64,000 bases of DNA, taken from NCBI GenBank assembly GCA_003344405.1, contig NOWV01000029.1, positions 1 through 64,000 on the forward strand, in the 5' to 3' direction. Shown piece after piece: positions 1 to 11,848 of this stretch (positions are counted from its first letter, which is position 1; the number at the start of each line of letters is the position of its first letter). The notes under the pieces are model-generated. The model did no database searches. It was not told the DNA's origin and saw nothing but the letters and a program-made list of their open reading frames with translations. Position numbers and translations under genes: made by a program. Source of the stretch: Trichoplax sp. H2 (lineage: Eukaryota).

Positions 1-469
1 ATAAAATGATAGCTTTCTTAAACGATTCTATCATCTACATCAGAATGCATCATACACATAAATTATCACTATCGGAGGGATATCCTACTGTAGATACTGT
101 AGATTACTATAGATTATACGTACAGTATACAGTTGAGATTTCCCAATTATTCCGTAACATTAGTATACAAAGAAATATCCAAAAATAGTTGGCAATTTGC
201 CTACGTCTGTCATTCAAATGGCACTTTAAATATCAAATGACTTTCCACACACCCTCAGTACAGTATGCAAAAGCCTGATTTTTTTTCCTTAATACAGTAG
301 CGATCGGCGTACTTTAACGAATAATGACTTGGAAATTGGACACCGTACGCAGATTATAAGGACAGATTGGTGTTATTGGATTTCTGCTGTATAGTTTGAC
401 ATGTAATTTGTTCAAGTTGTGTCTATTTTTTACAATTTGCTTTGGTTTCAATACGTCAAAAATTCTCAG

Positions 470-556
470 ACACTACAGTACAGTACAGTAGAACTGTGCT
501 GTACAGTACTGTACACTCATTTTATTGTACTGTACCGTACTACTGTAGTACTGTAG
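470..556. repeat. (TACTG/TACAG)-rich low-complexity tract upstream of PNP
   Basis: Dense run of tacagta/tactgta/gtactgtac words, followed by (AAT)n runs at about 568-640. Confidence 0.7.
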
Positions 557-758
557 CAGGATGATAAGATAATAATAATAATAATATTGCGGATAAATAT
601 TAATTAAGGTTAAGGTAATAATAATAATAATAATAATAATTGAATTCAACAATCATCTTGTTACAGTAGAAGCCTATTGTATCATACACGAGTGGTGAAA
701 TGTGCTTGTAAAATCGCTTTCCGAACTACTGGCTCGCAAACGGTACCAGCGAAAAGAC

Positions 759-3700
759 ATGGCGGACGTTGTAGAAAGGTAAGCGGACACCCTAACATTT
801 TTGATTCTCACTCTTTTCCCAATTGGTTTTATGAGTATGAATCAGTGAAGACCTATTGCAAAGTCAATAAGTCAATCAAAATCAATGAGTGGACTGGCCA
901 CTTTATAGCGATACTTTTGTATTTTGAACATTACAATGTTGAAAACGGTGTCTAAGGCTCACCTTGTCATGGGCGATTTTGCACCAATCAATTCAATCGA
1001 GCTTGTTCTCACTTCAAGATATCTGCTGTCATGTTTTTATTTATTTATTTACAACACCATCCATGTTGTTTCTCCCTTGAAATCTACTCTAATCTCTAGG
1101 TGGTCGATAGCGACTGTTTATTTTTCCATGTCTTTTTTTCTTGGCGTGTCTATTTTAACAAAGTTGAGTGTGGATGAGCGTTCCAAGGCCATGTTTTTTT
1201 CAACCTTTTCATCTCTTCCTTTGTTGGCCATCAACATGATTTGCCTATTTGCATAAAACGAAAGAAAGATACTCAAAATGAACTTTCTACTATTTCATGG
1301 ATGTTACAGATACTCAAATGAGCTTTCTACTATTTCATGGATGTTACAGATACTCACATGAACTTTCTACTATTTCATGGATGTTACAGATACTCATATG
1401 AACTTTCTACTATTTCATGGATGTTACAGATACTCATATGAACTTTCTACTATTTCATGGATGGTACAGATACTCATATGAACTTTCTACTATTTCATGG
1501 ATGTTACAGATACTCCAATGAACTTTCAACTATTGCATGGATTTTAGAGTACAATCTTTGTACAGTATATCAACGTAATCATTCCAAAATAATCCTACCA
1601 TCAAACGAAATAAAAATTGAGGGTTGAAACTACCCTTTATCTTACATGATTATCGTACAATATAGCATGCACTTATTCAAAACGCATCGTGCTACTATAG
1701 AAAGGAAATTAGCATTGGAGGATAATCTCATGACATAGTCTTCATTTTAGACTGCTTCAATGCAACAGTCTACTTTTAAAATAGTTCTCTAGTCATACTT
1801 TATCCAATTCATCATTTCAGATAGGATTTATCATCATAACGGCTAACGATCTTTCTCGCTATAAATGACTTCAAAAAATTCACATCTCAACCAAACCACA
1901 TAAAACTCCTTTTCCTTTGCTTAGTATATTGAATAAACAAATTGTGCCCATTCCTACTTCTAATCATACATTGAGTTCCCCCCCCCCAAAAAAAATGATA
2001 GTTAACGTAGGCAATTTGATGTTGTCCAATTCCTGCACGCCTTTAATCTCAATCAGAAATCTGTCAACAAAAATACAGTTTCCCCGTCTAGCCTTTTAAC
2101 TGTTATTGATTTATATAATTAGACTGTAATTGCAGAACTAATAGGTAAATCACACCAGCTATACTAATATAGCGAGCGACTTGTCTCGATACCAGTTTCC
2201 TGCGTGACTAAATACGACCATTTAGCCTACGTTGAAAATCGATCTTTTATCAATACTGTACCTTGTTCAATTTCCCAAGATTATAACGGACTGTGTTATC
2301 GCCTATTTCTACAAATGCTTAAGTCTACGTACACCCAATGTGAACAAAGTTCAATACCTTCGATCACAATTACTGGTAATCACTATCGTATTAGATACTA
2401 CGCAACGGAAACGCGTACGTTAATTGATTATTAGTTGCCCTACAAATCTTCCCATCATCATACATATACCAATAGACTTAAAGGGATGCATAACGCTAGT
2501 GCACTGTACAAGTAAAATCCTTTCCCGTGACTGGATAAGAAGTTCATCATTTTGACTAGAAATCCAAAAGCCCACAATCTCACCAAAGTCCTTGATAGGC
2601 TCGTATACAATCCGTATGGGCGTCACTAAATTATTGATGCACATTCAACTTCTGTAGACTATAGCGGTTGCTTGCAATGATTGTTGGTAGATTCAAAAAA
2701 TCTTCTTGTTATCCATGTTATACAATAGATAACTACATTTCAATTCAAAAATCCAGTAAGAACTTTATCACATACTAGAATTGCTGTTAGCTTTCTTTCA
2801 AAATGTGATAGTTACTGTACTGTACTACAGTATCGTTTAAAAAAAGTCCACTATTCAAGTATACTATAGTTCAAGCTTACTGCATGTCTACATATTACAT
2901 AGGTTCCAATTGGATATTCCTTAGCAATGCTTATAATTATCTTTACAGTTACAGCTCGGTTGTAATTCGTCTTTGCTTGCTATAAATATTGTACACTGCC
3001 TTGCTGATGTAGTAATACTAGAATTTTATTAACTTTGCTGAGTTTTCGTTCTCATAATCAGTACGCGTACGAGTATATCCATGATATCACTATTGTTGTA
3101 CTTTTTTAGAATTCTATCAATCAATTCAGTTATGTAGAATTTAGTTTAATTTGCCTTGTATTTATACTGTGCAAGTAACGAATGAATTATCTTGCTGAAG
3201 GTCTTCATTAAACTTTAAATATCTACACTATGATATCTTAGAACGTCATCTTTGATCCTGTTCATATAGGCTCATTATAGTTTTTACCTTATCCTAAAGT
3301 TGTATTATAGCGACACGTTTAGTTTACCACCTTCAATCCATCAGTAATCAAATTGGTCTTTATCATGCGGTAATTCATTATTTCGACACTGGAAATGAAC
3401 GCTACTAAGTAGCTGAAATTTTCCTACAGTGTTACATCAGCATCAGTAATTACTGTGCAATGTTGCACACATTCTAGTATGCTAACATGACATTAAATTT
3501 ATAATTATATGAGACAGTACTTTCACAAGGCATGCCTACGTTAGCCCAATCTCCTTACCACTTACATACTACACGTATTCTTCTGGCATTCCACTTACTG
3601 TACACCCAACTCTAATTTGATAATTGCTATATTACAATTTGAAAACGACGCAATAAAATTTATTCAAATTTTGGGTGATCATTAAATTTAGCTATTCGTA

Positions 3701-5136
3701 CGAAGATATAGAAGCTATAAGCAAGTTCTTACTAGAAAGATGTCGTCATCGTCCCAAAATTGGCATCATTTGTGGCTCAGGATTAGGCGGATTAGCTGAT
3801 ACACTACAAGAGCAAGAAGCATTTCCTTATGAAAGTATTCCAAAATTTCCAGTCTCTACAGGTATAAATACCCCTAAAATTTAGACGATATGTACAACCA
3901 TTGTAATTTTTGAACCTAATATTTCATATAAAAATCTATTACTGTCCTTTCGCAATCTCTATTAGCAGATTCTTTAGTTAAAATAAGATATTACTTGTTG
4001 GCAAGCTATGATCATTCATTACTACAGCATAATTTTCTAATGAATAATAATAATTTGCCTCATTCTATAAACATATCGGAGATTAGTTTATAAAATTCGA
4101 TCCATAATGATTAGCTAATGATTTCTCTTTTAGTTAGTGGCCACAAAGGGCGATTGGTATTTGGAGTTTTGAGTGGTAAGGCTGTCGTTTGTATGCAAGG
4201 ACGATTTCACATGTATGAAGGTTATTCAATGGCAAAGGTATAAATCTCGATTAGCGCTCGTCTCTACAATTATATATCATTTTTGCCTCACCTATATCTA
4301 TTCAGAATACGTATTACTATGTTTTGTCAATCCTAATTATATTTCATGCTATAGTGCGGCCAAATTCGAATAAGAGCCAGTGCTAATATTGGCTTGCGCC
4401 TATACAACAGCTGACGGAGACGTATTGCTAACTAAGATATATTCATCATCTACCTATTGACTTAGGTCACTTTGCCAGTAAGGGTAATGAAGCTACTTGG
4501 TGTTGAAACAATGTTAGTAACAAATGCTGCAGGTGGCGTTAATCAAGATTATGTCCCAGGCGACATTATGATCATAAAGGATCATATCAATTTTCCTGGA
4601 TTATGCGGTAATAATCCTCTGCGAGGCCCTAACAATGAAAAGTAGGTTTTAGCATCTAGCATTAGTTTGAAGCTGACGATATACCAGGATCACTGAAAAT
4701 TTTAGGACGTCTATATGAACATACTTTTATTGTACGTATTAGATTCGGTCCACGTTTTCCAGCGATGAATGATGCCTATAATGCCAAACTTCGTGCATCT
4801 TTAAGAGCTGCTGCAAAACTGTGCGGACTCTCTGATCATATGAAAGAAGGAGTATACGCATACCTTGGGGGACCAGCATACGAAACAGTTGCAGAATTAC
4901 GATTTCTTAAAGCAATTGGTGTAGATGCTGTTGGAATGAGTACTGCACCTGAGGTAATCGTCGCCCGTCATTGTGGCATGAAGGTGTGTGGCTTATCCTT
5001 AATATCGAACAAGGGGATTATGGAATACGATCCATCGTTAGTGATAGACCATAGTGAAGTTCTCGAAGCAGGAAGAGTGAGAGCTGCTGATATTCAGTCA
5101 TTAGTATCCAATCTTGTTAAACTTATAGATGAATAA
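759..5136 (+). CDS. PNP: Purine nucleoside phosphorylase (trimeric, 6-oxopurine type), about 287 aa
   Basis: Exons 759-778 (MADVVE/S, donor AG|GTAAGC, phase 2; alternative first exon 3395-3408 MNATN), 3692-3861, 4134-4237, 4466-4641 and 4743-5136 all join in frame at GT-AG sites. Motifs [43 protein letters not shown] and ISNK (Asn at the specificity site) are diagnostic of PNP. Choice of first exon is less certain. Confidence 0.95.
1267..1542. repeat. 40-bp minisatellite, about 7 copies, in PNP intron 1
   Basis: Unit agatactcatatgaactttctactatttcatggatgttac repeats with 40-nt period and few substitutions. Confidence 0.95.
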
Positions 5137-5729
5137 GAGATAAAAAATTGTTCAATCTATCTGCAAATTGTTACTAGTTTGTTTTATGGAGCACGTATCT
5201 TTAAAGCTGTGACGGCTTTCTTTCGATCAATTACACACAAAAAACTTCACGGAATTCTTATTACGGTATAAAGAAAAGAATTGCAATACTTTTAATAATT
5301 TTAGTGTATAATTATTGTGCTGGACAATTGTTTGTAACTTGTATTTGAAAATTTTTACAACGTTCGTAGATGTATACCAAAAAATTGTCACTGTGAGTAG
5401 GAACGAATTTATGCTTTAGCTTGCTAATAGTAGTTTATTAAGGATTACACTCTGCATTCATTAAGTGCCCCAAGATGACTACGGTTTTAAGTGTTGTCTT
5501 GCTTCTTTTACGTGGACTTATATAAACAATACTAAAATAAAGTTTTAATATTTGGGGATATCGCTGGGCGATAAATTATTATCTTACCTCTTTAAATATC
5601 ATTATTATGGTGTAGTACAAAAAGCATCATAACGCTACTACCTGAGCAATAACCAAGCTACTATTTTTAGCAAATGACGACCACAATGACCTCAGTACAT
5701 TGATAGAAGAGATTCCAATTTATAGTTCG

Positions 5730-6223
5730 ATGCTTATCTTAAAATACTTTACTCTTTTAATGATCGCATTTATTGTACTTTTATTGCAGCAGAGTACTGC
5801 TAGTTCAGTTATATTTTATGGACCAATGCTTATATTGAAGTATTTTATTCTTTCAATATAGATGATCGAATTTGTAGTGCTTATTGCAGCACGGTGTATT
5901 CCTAGTCCAATTCCATATATTATGTTACATGTTATAAGCTATGCTTATCTTCAATACTTTATTCTTTCAACGTGGATGATCGCGATTACTATGCTTGTAT
6001 TGCAGCACGACACTCCTAGTCCAATCCTACTATACTTTATAAATGTAAGCTTACCTTCAAGTGCTTTATTCTTTCATCGTGGATGATTTTAATCACTGTA
6101 CTTTTATTATGGCGGGATATTCCTAATCCAATTATAGATTTTGTAAATGTAGGCAGACGCTTGACTTTCAATATTGTATTCTTTTAATATTGATAATAGC
6201 AATTAGCGTACTCCTAGTCCAAT
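5730..6223. repeat. Degenerate tandem repeat, about 100-115 bp unit, 4-5 copies
   Basis: Recurring blocks 'tttattctttca..gatgatcg..attgcagca..tcctagtccaat'. Confidence 0.75.
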
Positions 6224-8127
6224 TCTCCAATGATGCAGTCAGAGCCAACAAATTTGCTGAAAGTGATGCTGATTGTGTAAGATGATCTGTATAAGAAATG
6301 AACAACTAGAAAGAAATCTAGTATCAATTCGTATTTGAGAGACTGCAGACGATAGTACTACCCTGGAAAAGCACCAATTTGATCGTAGTCCTTCTATATT
6401 GATTAATTAATTCTAATTCGATAACCAAGGCATTTTGGCAAAGCAGCAAGTTGCTATTACTATAGTGTAGCATACTTTACTTCATGCTCTATAGAATCTC
6501 TACAAACTAGCATTATAGTCTAGAACACTATCCTAATTACTCCATGTGATGACGTAAATCTTCCAAAGTAGTCATTACTCTAACTAAAATGTAGATACTA
6601 CACTCGGTGTAGTATAGAGTCTCTACAATCTAGAGGAATTATAGTTTGATAACTTGCTAAGTTAGCTCGACAGTCCTGTAGATTTATTTCGAGACCCAAC
6701 GGATTTAATTTGATTTGATTAGGATTCATTTTAATTTATTTATTGACAACTCGATTCCTTGAAGATCGGAAACTATAGCAAGCGTAAGTATCAACTCATT
6801 ATACTATATACTACAATCTACACTACCCAAGATATTCTGGACTACTACGATCTGCATGGTATGGACACAGATAGTGCGTGAATTGAAGAAAAGCAAAACA
6901 GGTAAAGCAAAGGGCTAAACTTGGACCAGGAATATTACACATTTTAAGCATCGTGGCTACTCGAAGATTAGTCATTCCATCAACGTTGAGATGCTTTAAT
7001 GAATGTACCGATATCATCTACCCATTTGAACATCTTGATCTCAATTTGAACACGTATCGCAGTTTTGTTGTTCAACTTCTTTTATACCATGCGCGAAGGT
7101 GTATTTCTAGGTTAAAGTTAGGTATCGTTCTCTTAGTTTCTATCCAATGCTTCGTATCTGCAATGATTGGATCGACTTTTAGCCATGGACTACTAGAAGA
7201 AGACTTCTAGTATCATAGCTTAGCAAGTTTACTCTATTACAATGCTACTTGATGCGTGTAAAATAGGCATGGAGCTAGTACACGCTTAGTATCCACTAAA
7301 AATATTTGTTGCTTCTCCACATCTAGAATATAAAGTATAGAACATACGAGTATATCATTGCAGTGATTGACGTAATTTGACTATTTTTGCCATAATCAAG
7401 TTATCTTTCATGTGCAACTTGCGGCTGTTGTATAGCATTTGTATCCAGCTTTCAATCTTAAAAGAAGAAAAAGAAGCATCGTGCTTCAACATGCTCAACG
7501 TTATATTAAGCTATTTTACTCAACAATATCAACAACAGCAACTACGCCATCAGTCTTATGTACCACGATAATGTATTTCCAGATTATAGTTTTTGAATCC
7601 TTCGTTCGCTTTCGCTCAATACCTACTATATTAAACTGATTTATTGAATTAACTATATTCATATATCTATCGATACAATTTTATTGGTGTAGGACACTTA
7701 CATGAAGCTAATACAAGTTTAGTATTGACCAATAGTAGTTGCTATCCAATCAACACTTACGATATACATACAAGTATTAAAATTGCCATGATAAAAATAA
7801 TCCTACTGTTAACTTCATCATCCTGATTCCATTTTATCTACCGTACACAACCTTAAGAATCAAGGCAATTAATTACTCAATTACTATTATCTTTAGGGAC
7901 TATTTCTCTGGTCAATTACCCGAACCAAGAACGAATCTTTGATTGACCGGTTTGGTCTGAAATTAATACTTTGATTAATTATTGGCCTTTAAAGCGGAAA
8001 TTGGAATAACTTATAACGTATACATATATCCTTCATCCATTAGTTAAATGCAAAATTGTTAGGCAGAGTTTTAAATTGTAACAGGTTATTGACCAAGCTA
8101 AAGCAAGCTCTGTGACGAAAGAAGATC

Positions 8128-8931
8128 ATGACCTGCTTTAAGATATTATATTTGACTTACCTAAGTCCTACACTACGTGCCTTTATTTACATACCATTAC
8201 TTCTATTCGGTTCAATCTGGTGTGCAGCAGTTCCTCCCTTACCAAGTTACTTCTCCAACAAAAAGAATTTTATTAACGTCTATTTTGCAAAGCTATCATT
8301 TGCATGGACAGCTTCATTCTTATCAGTAGTCGTTTTGCTATCCTCGTATGTTTATACAAACTGTAATATAAAACGAGTAGCAAGGCATTGTTGTCGAATT
8401 GTAGTTGCAACTGTAGCTTGGTTTGGATTAACATCAATCTTCGATCTTATTCGTAGTGCTACCGGAGATTGCACTATTCCAGAATATCAGGCAATTGATA
8501 CCTGCTATAAACATGGTGGAAACTGGACTGGTTTCGATACATCAGGCCACTGTTTCGTTATGACATATTTTAGCTTCTTAATATGCGAAGAAGTTCGCAT
8601 ATTATGTAATTGGAAAGCATTACTGGATAAACTAGTACCCTCCAATGAGCGCAACCCAAGTGGATCTACTTTGCGAAAAAAAAATCTTATGTTTATTACA
8701 TATGTTCTAGACATAGTTGGATTGGTTTCTTGCATCCTGTTAATCATTTGGGATTTTGTTCTGATATGTACGATCGCTTACCACCATACTATCTTCGAAA
8801 AATGGGCTGGTGGAGGCATCGGTATTATCGTTTGGTTTATCACTTACAAGAAATGGTATATCATTGCTATGTCACCTACTTTACCTGGAGCAGGTCCTTA
8901 CTATAGTATTTTATCTCAAATACCAAAATGA
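8128..8931 (+). CDS. FITM2: Fat storage-inducing transmembrane protein (FIT2-like acyl-CoA diphosphatase), 267 aa, single exon
   Basis: Intact ORF with several hydrophobic segments and FIT family motifs SYFSNKKNFINVYFAKLSFAWT, GFDTSGHCF and AYHHTIFEK, including both catalytic-type histidines. Confidence 0.92.
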   Translation: MTCFKILYLTYLSPTLRAFIYIPLLLFGSIWCAAVPPLPSYFSNKKNFINVYFAKLSFAWTASFLSVVVLLSSYVYTNCNIKRVARHCCRIVVATVAWFGLTSIFDLIRSATGDCTIPEYQAIDTCYKHGGNWTGFDTSGHCFVMTYFSFLICEEVRILCNWKALLDKLVPSNERNPSGSTLRKKNLMFITYVLDIVGLVSCILLIIWDFVLICTIAYHHTIFEKWAGGGIGIIVWFITYKKWYIIAMSPTLPGAGPYYSILSQIPK

Positions 8932-11701
8932 AAATCTCGATAACCTTTGAACTAGGAAATTTTAATGCTATCTAAGGCATTAACTTAAAGTTGAACGTAT
9001 AAGCTTAAATGAATAGCAGCAACTCATCGCCTCTGATTAGACCCAAAATTGTATTGATTCATAACCGAGCATTTTACGTTAGTCAACCAATCTATCCTGA
9101 CTAAATTTAATGTAATCATAAATTAAACCTACAGTGGTTCTCGAATTTAATTGAGCAAAGTGTTGGCAATATTTATATTTGTACCTGCAGAATATTCTTA
9201 ATACCTATATTTCTGGGCATAGATAGAGTGGTCCGAAATGGATTATTTAAAATTTCAAAATAAAAGTTTCTCATTAATTTACTAGTAATTAAGCCTTATT
9301 GGTATTACAGCGCCATAATGCAGTTTTGGACTAATTACATTTATTGCTTATCTTATTAAATATAATTTAAAAATATAATACTGTGAATTTGCTATATGAT
9401 TTTTCTCAAGTTTATAATTGGTATGAATTTACAGTACTTTGCAATTTTTAAGAATATAACGTCGTTTAGTTTTATACAGGAGCTTTAAATAGCAAATGCA
9501 TCGCAATAATTTTTAATGAAGTTTGATTTATCAGGTCTAAAAAGCTTCTAAAATGGTCATTTTTTATGTGCTTACTATCAATGTTCGTATCTTAAACTAA
9601 TCATATAACAGCATTTCCTATTAATTATATGAAATTGTACATGCCTCTGACCCAACTGAAAACCTATTTATGTTATGAATGTTTCAAATTTGGAATAAAT
9701 GCTAGCTAGCATCGACAATTTATTAATGTAGTACATTTATCCTATAACTTGTGATAAATTAATTGTGATTACTACTATTAATTTCAGCTTTTTAAGTACG
9801 TAATAGTACACCGTACATTGTAATTATACATTAATTGAGGTATTTCCGTTACCATCTACTTAGATTTATCAACTACTAAGATAATACGATTTATTCTACA
9901 CGAATAAGATAAATTTTGAACGCTGAAACTTAAGCCGCTATCTTATGAATCTATACACTTAATGTACTGTACCAATTTCAACCACTGCAGTTACAGTGGC
10001 CACGATTTGTATCTTTCAGATTCTTAATTTCAAATTGACCTATCTACAATTCCATCAGCTCTACAACTGAAAGGTACAACAAGAGTAACAGTGATACTTT
10101 GTGATGATGTGCTATCACCTTATAGCCGCATCATTATATCAACCATTTTATTTAAGTACAAGTAGTCAAGGTATATCAAAATTAATTACTAGTGGAAACG
10201 GAAAAGTGCTAATAAATTTAATATTAATTTTATTATATTACAGCATAAGTGAACGAAGTGTATTAGAAATAATTTCGAGAGGTTAAACAGAAATACCAAT
10301 AAAAATATCTTCATATTACTTTTATTTTATAGTCCCATAACGTTGTCTTAACTTATTTATAGGATTATAGCAATACTTTAATTATAAATCAGACACCAAA
10401 CTTAAAAATCCAAGTATACTAGCTATGGATATGATATTACCTCTCTCATATAAGACTTGTATTACTTTGCAACTATTCTAACCGTTAAGCAGAGTTCACA
10501 AGCATTTAATATTGTGCCTATAAAAAAGATTTGTGACATTATTTATTAAAAAAATATTCATTTATTAAAAATATTACAGTTGATACTATTTCGTATATTA
10601 ACATTATACATGATTTATTTATTTTTTAAAATTTCTTTGCTATAGTAGTAGGATTTGCATCTTAACCTTCAGTAGCTAACAAATCGTAGGTCAATAGTAG
10701 CTACGTGGAGTATGCCTACACCTTCAAGTCAATGTTTTAATACCAGCGATCGCAACCATTATTTTAATTTTCGATCATTACTATTAGCAGAATATAAAAC
10801 AAAATGCTATCCCTTTTTCATGTCTATATTACGAGAGGGTAGTAGTAGTTATAAAAAATGATTCAAGTTAAAAAAAATTACTCAGCAATCAAAAACTTTC
10901 AGTATTGAGACTGCTTGAAATTCCGTTACAGCGGTAAATTGCAGTAACACCAATCAAGATGCAGATGTACCAAATATCTTTTTTTGAATCATTTAATGAT
11001 TCATCCTAATCTATACGGTAATTAGTAAATACAACTCAATTTTTTATATTATGAAGTATCTGTATATGAATATTCTTCTGAATATGAAAATATATTGTGT
11101 AGAACCTTTTCGAGTTATTGTAATACAAACGTATATAATTAGACCTACGATTTATCAAATTTATTATAACGCTCCTATCTATCGTTTATGCGCTAGAACG
11201 TGGTTCGTATTTAATATGCAAATAATGGAGACTTATAGATATGAGTCAATAGAATTATATGCAATCTAATCTATAAGATTAATAAAACTTCATAATGATT
11301 TTATCAACAATCATTGTTTATTTTAACCAAAGTTTGTTCTAGACGAGCTAATTATACGCTACGAATAGATCATGATCGTTAACAATTATGCTTATTCACC
11401 TGCTCCAAATATAACTATAAATAGAATTATTTGAATATCGATCGGATACTATAATAAAATACAAAATTCCAAGGATACAGATTCCATATAATCAAAAATT
11501 CTCTCTGCAAGTAAGCGCTAATTTTTGTTAATCTTAAACTTTGTTGTATAAATGATTGCTGTGTAGTAACTAGGTAGTTTATATTACATTAAATATCTAC
11601 GTATACGAACATGAGTACTAAAAATACTGGTACTGAAGAGTCCATTTCAGTTGATAATTATATTTAATTAAAGCGTGACTAGATTGAAATAAGGTGCGGA
11701 A

Positions 11702-11848
11702 ATGGTCACGCTTGGTCCATCATTTATCATTATTTCATGCTTAATTATATATCGTACTAGTAACAATTCATTAACAACATCATTTCATCAAAATAGACGG
11801 ATAAAAATAGCCAATTATAATGGCATATTGATTAGGTCAGGAAAGTAA
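11702..11848 (+). CDS. Candidate 48-aa secreted peptide precursor (speculative)
   Basis: MVTLGPSFIIISCLIIYRTSNNSLTTSFHQNRRIKIANYNGILIRSGK*: hydrophobic N-terminus, RR site, C-terminal GK. Upstream TATAAATA (11416), donor CAA|GTAAGC (11511) and acceptor tccatttcag (11650). Confidence 0.25.
   Translation: MVTLGPSFIIISCLIIYRTSNNSLTTSFHQNRRIKIANYNGILIRSGK

Noticed and set aside
780..2720. Possible minus-strand spliced gene (ORF 2420-2644 and exon-like pieces) inside PNP intron 1
   Set aside because: Candidate exons did not join in frame without stops and showed no recognisable domain.
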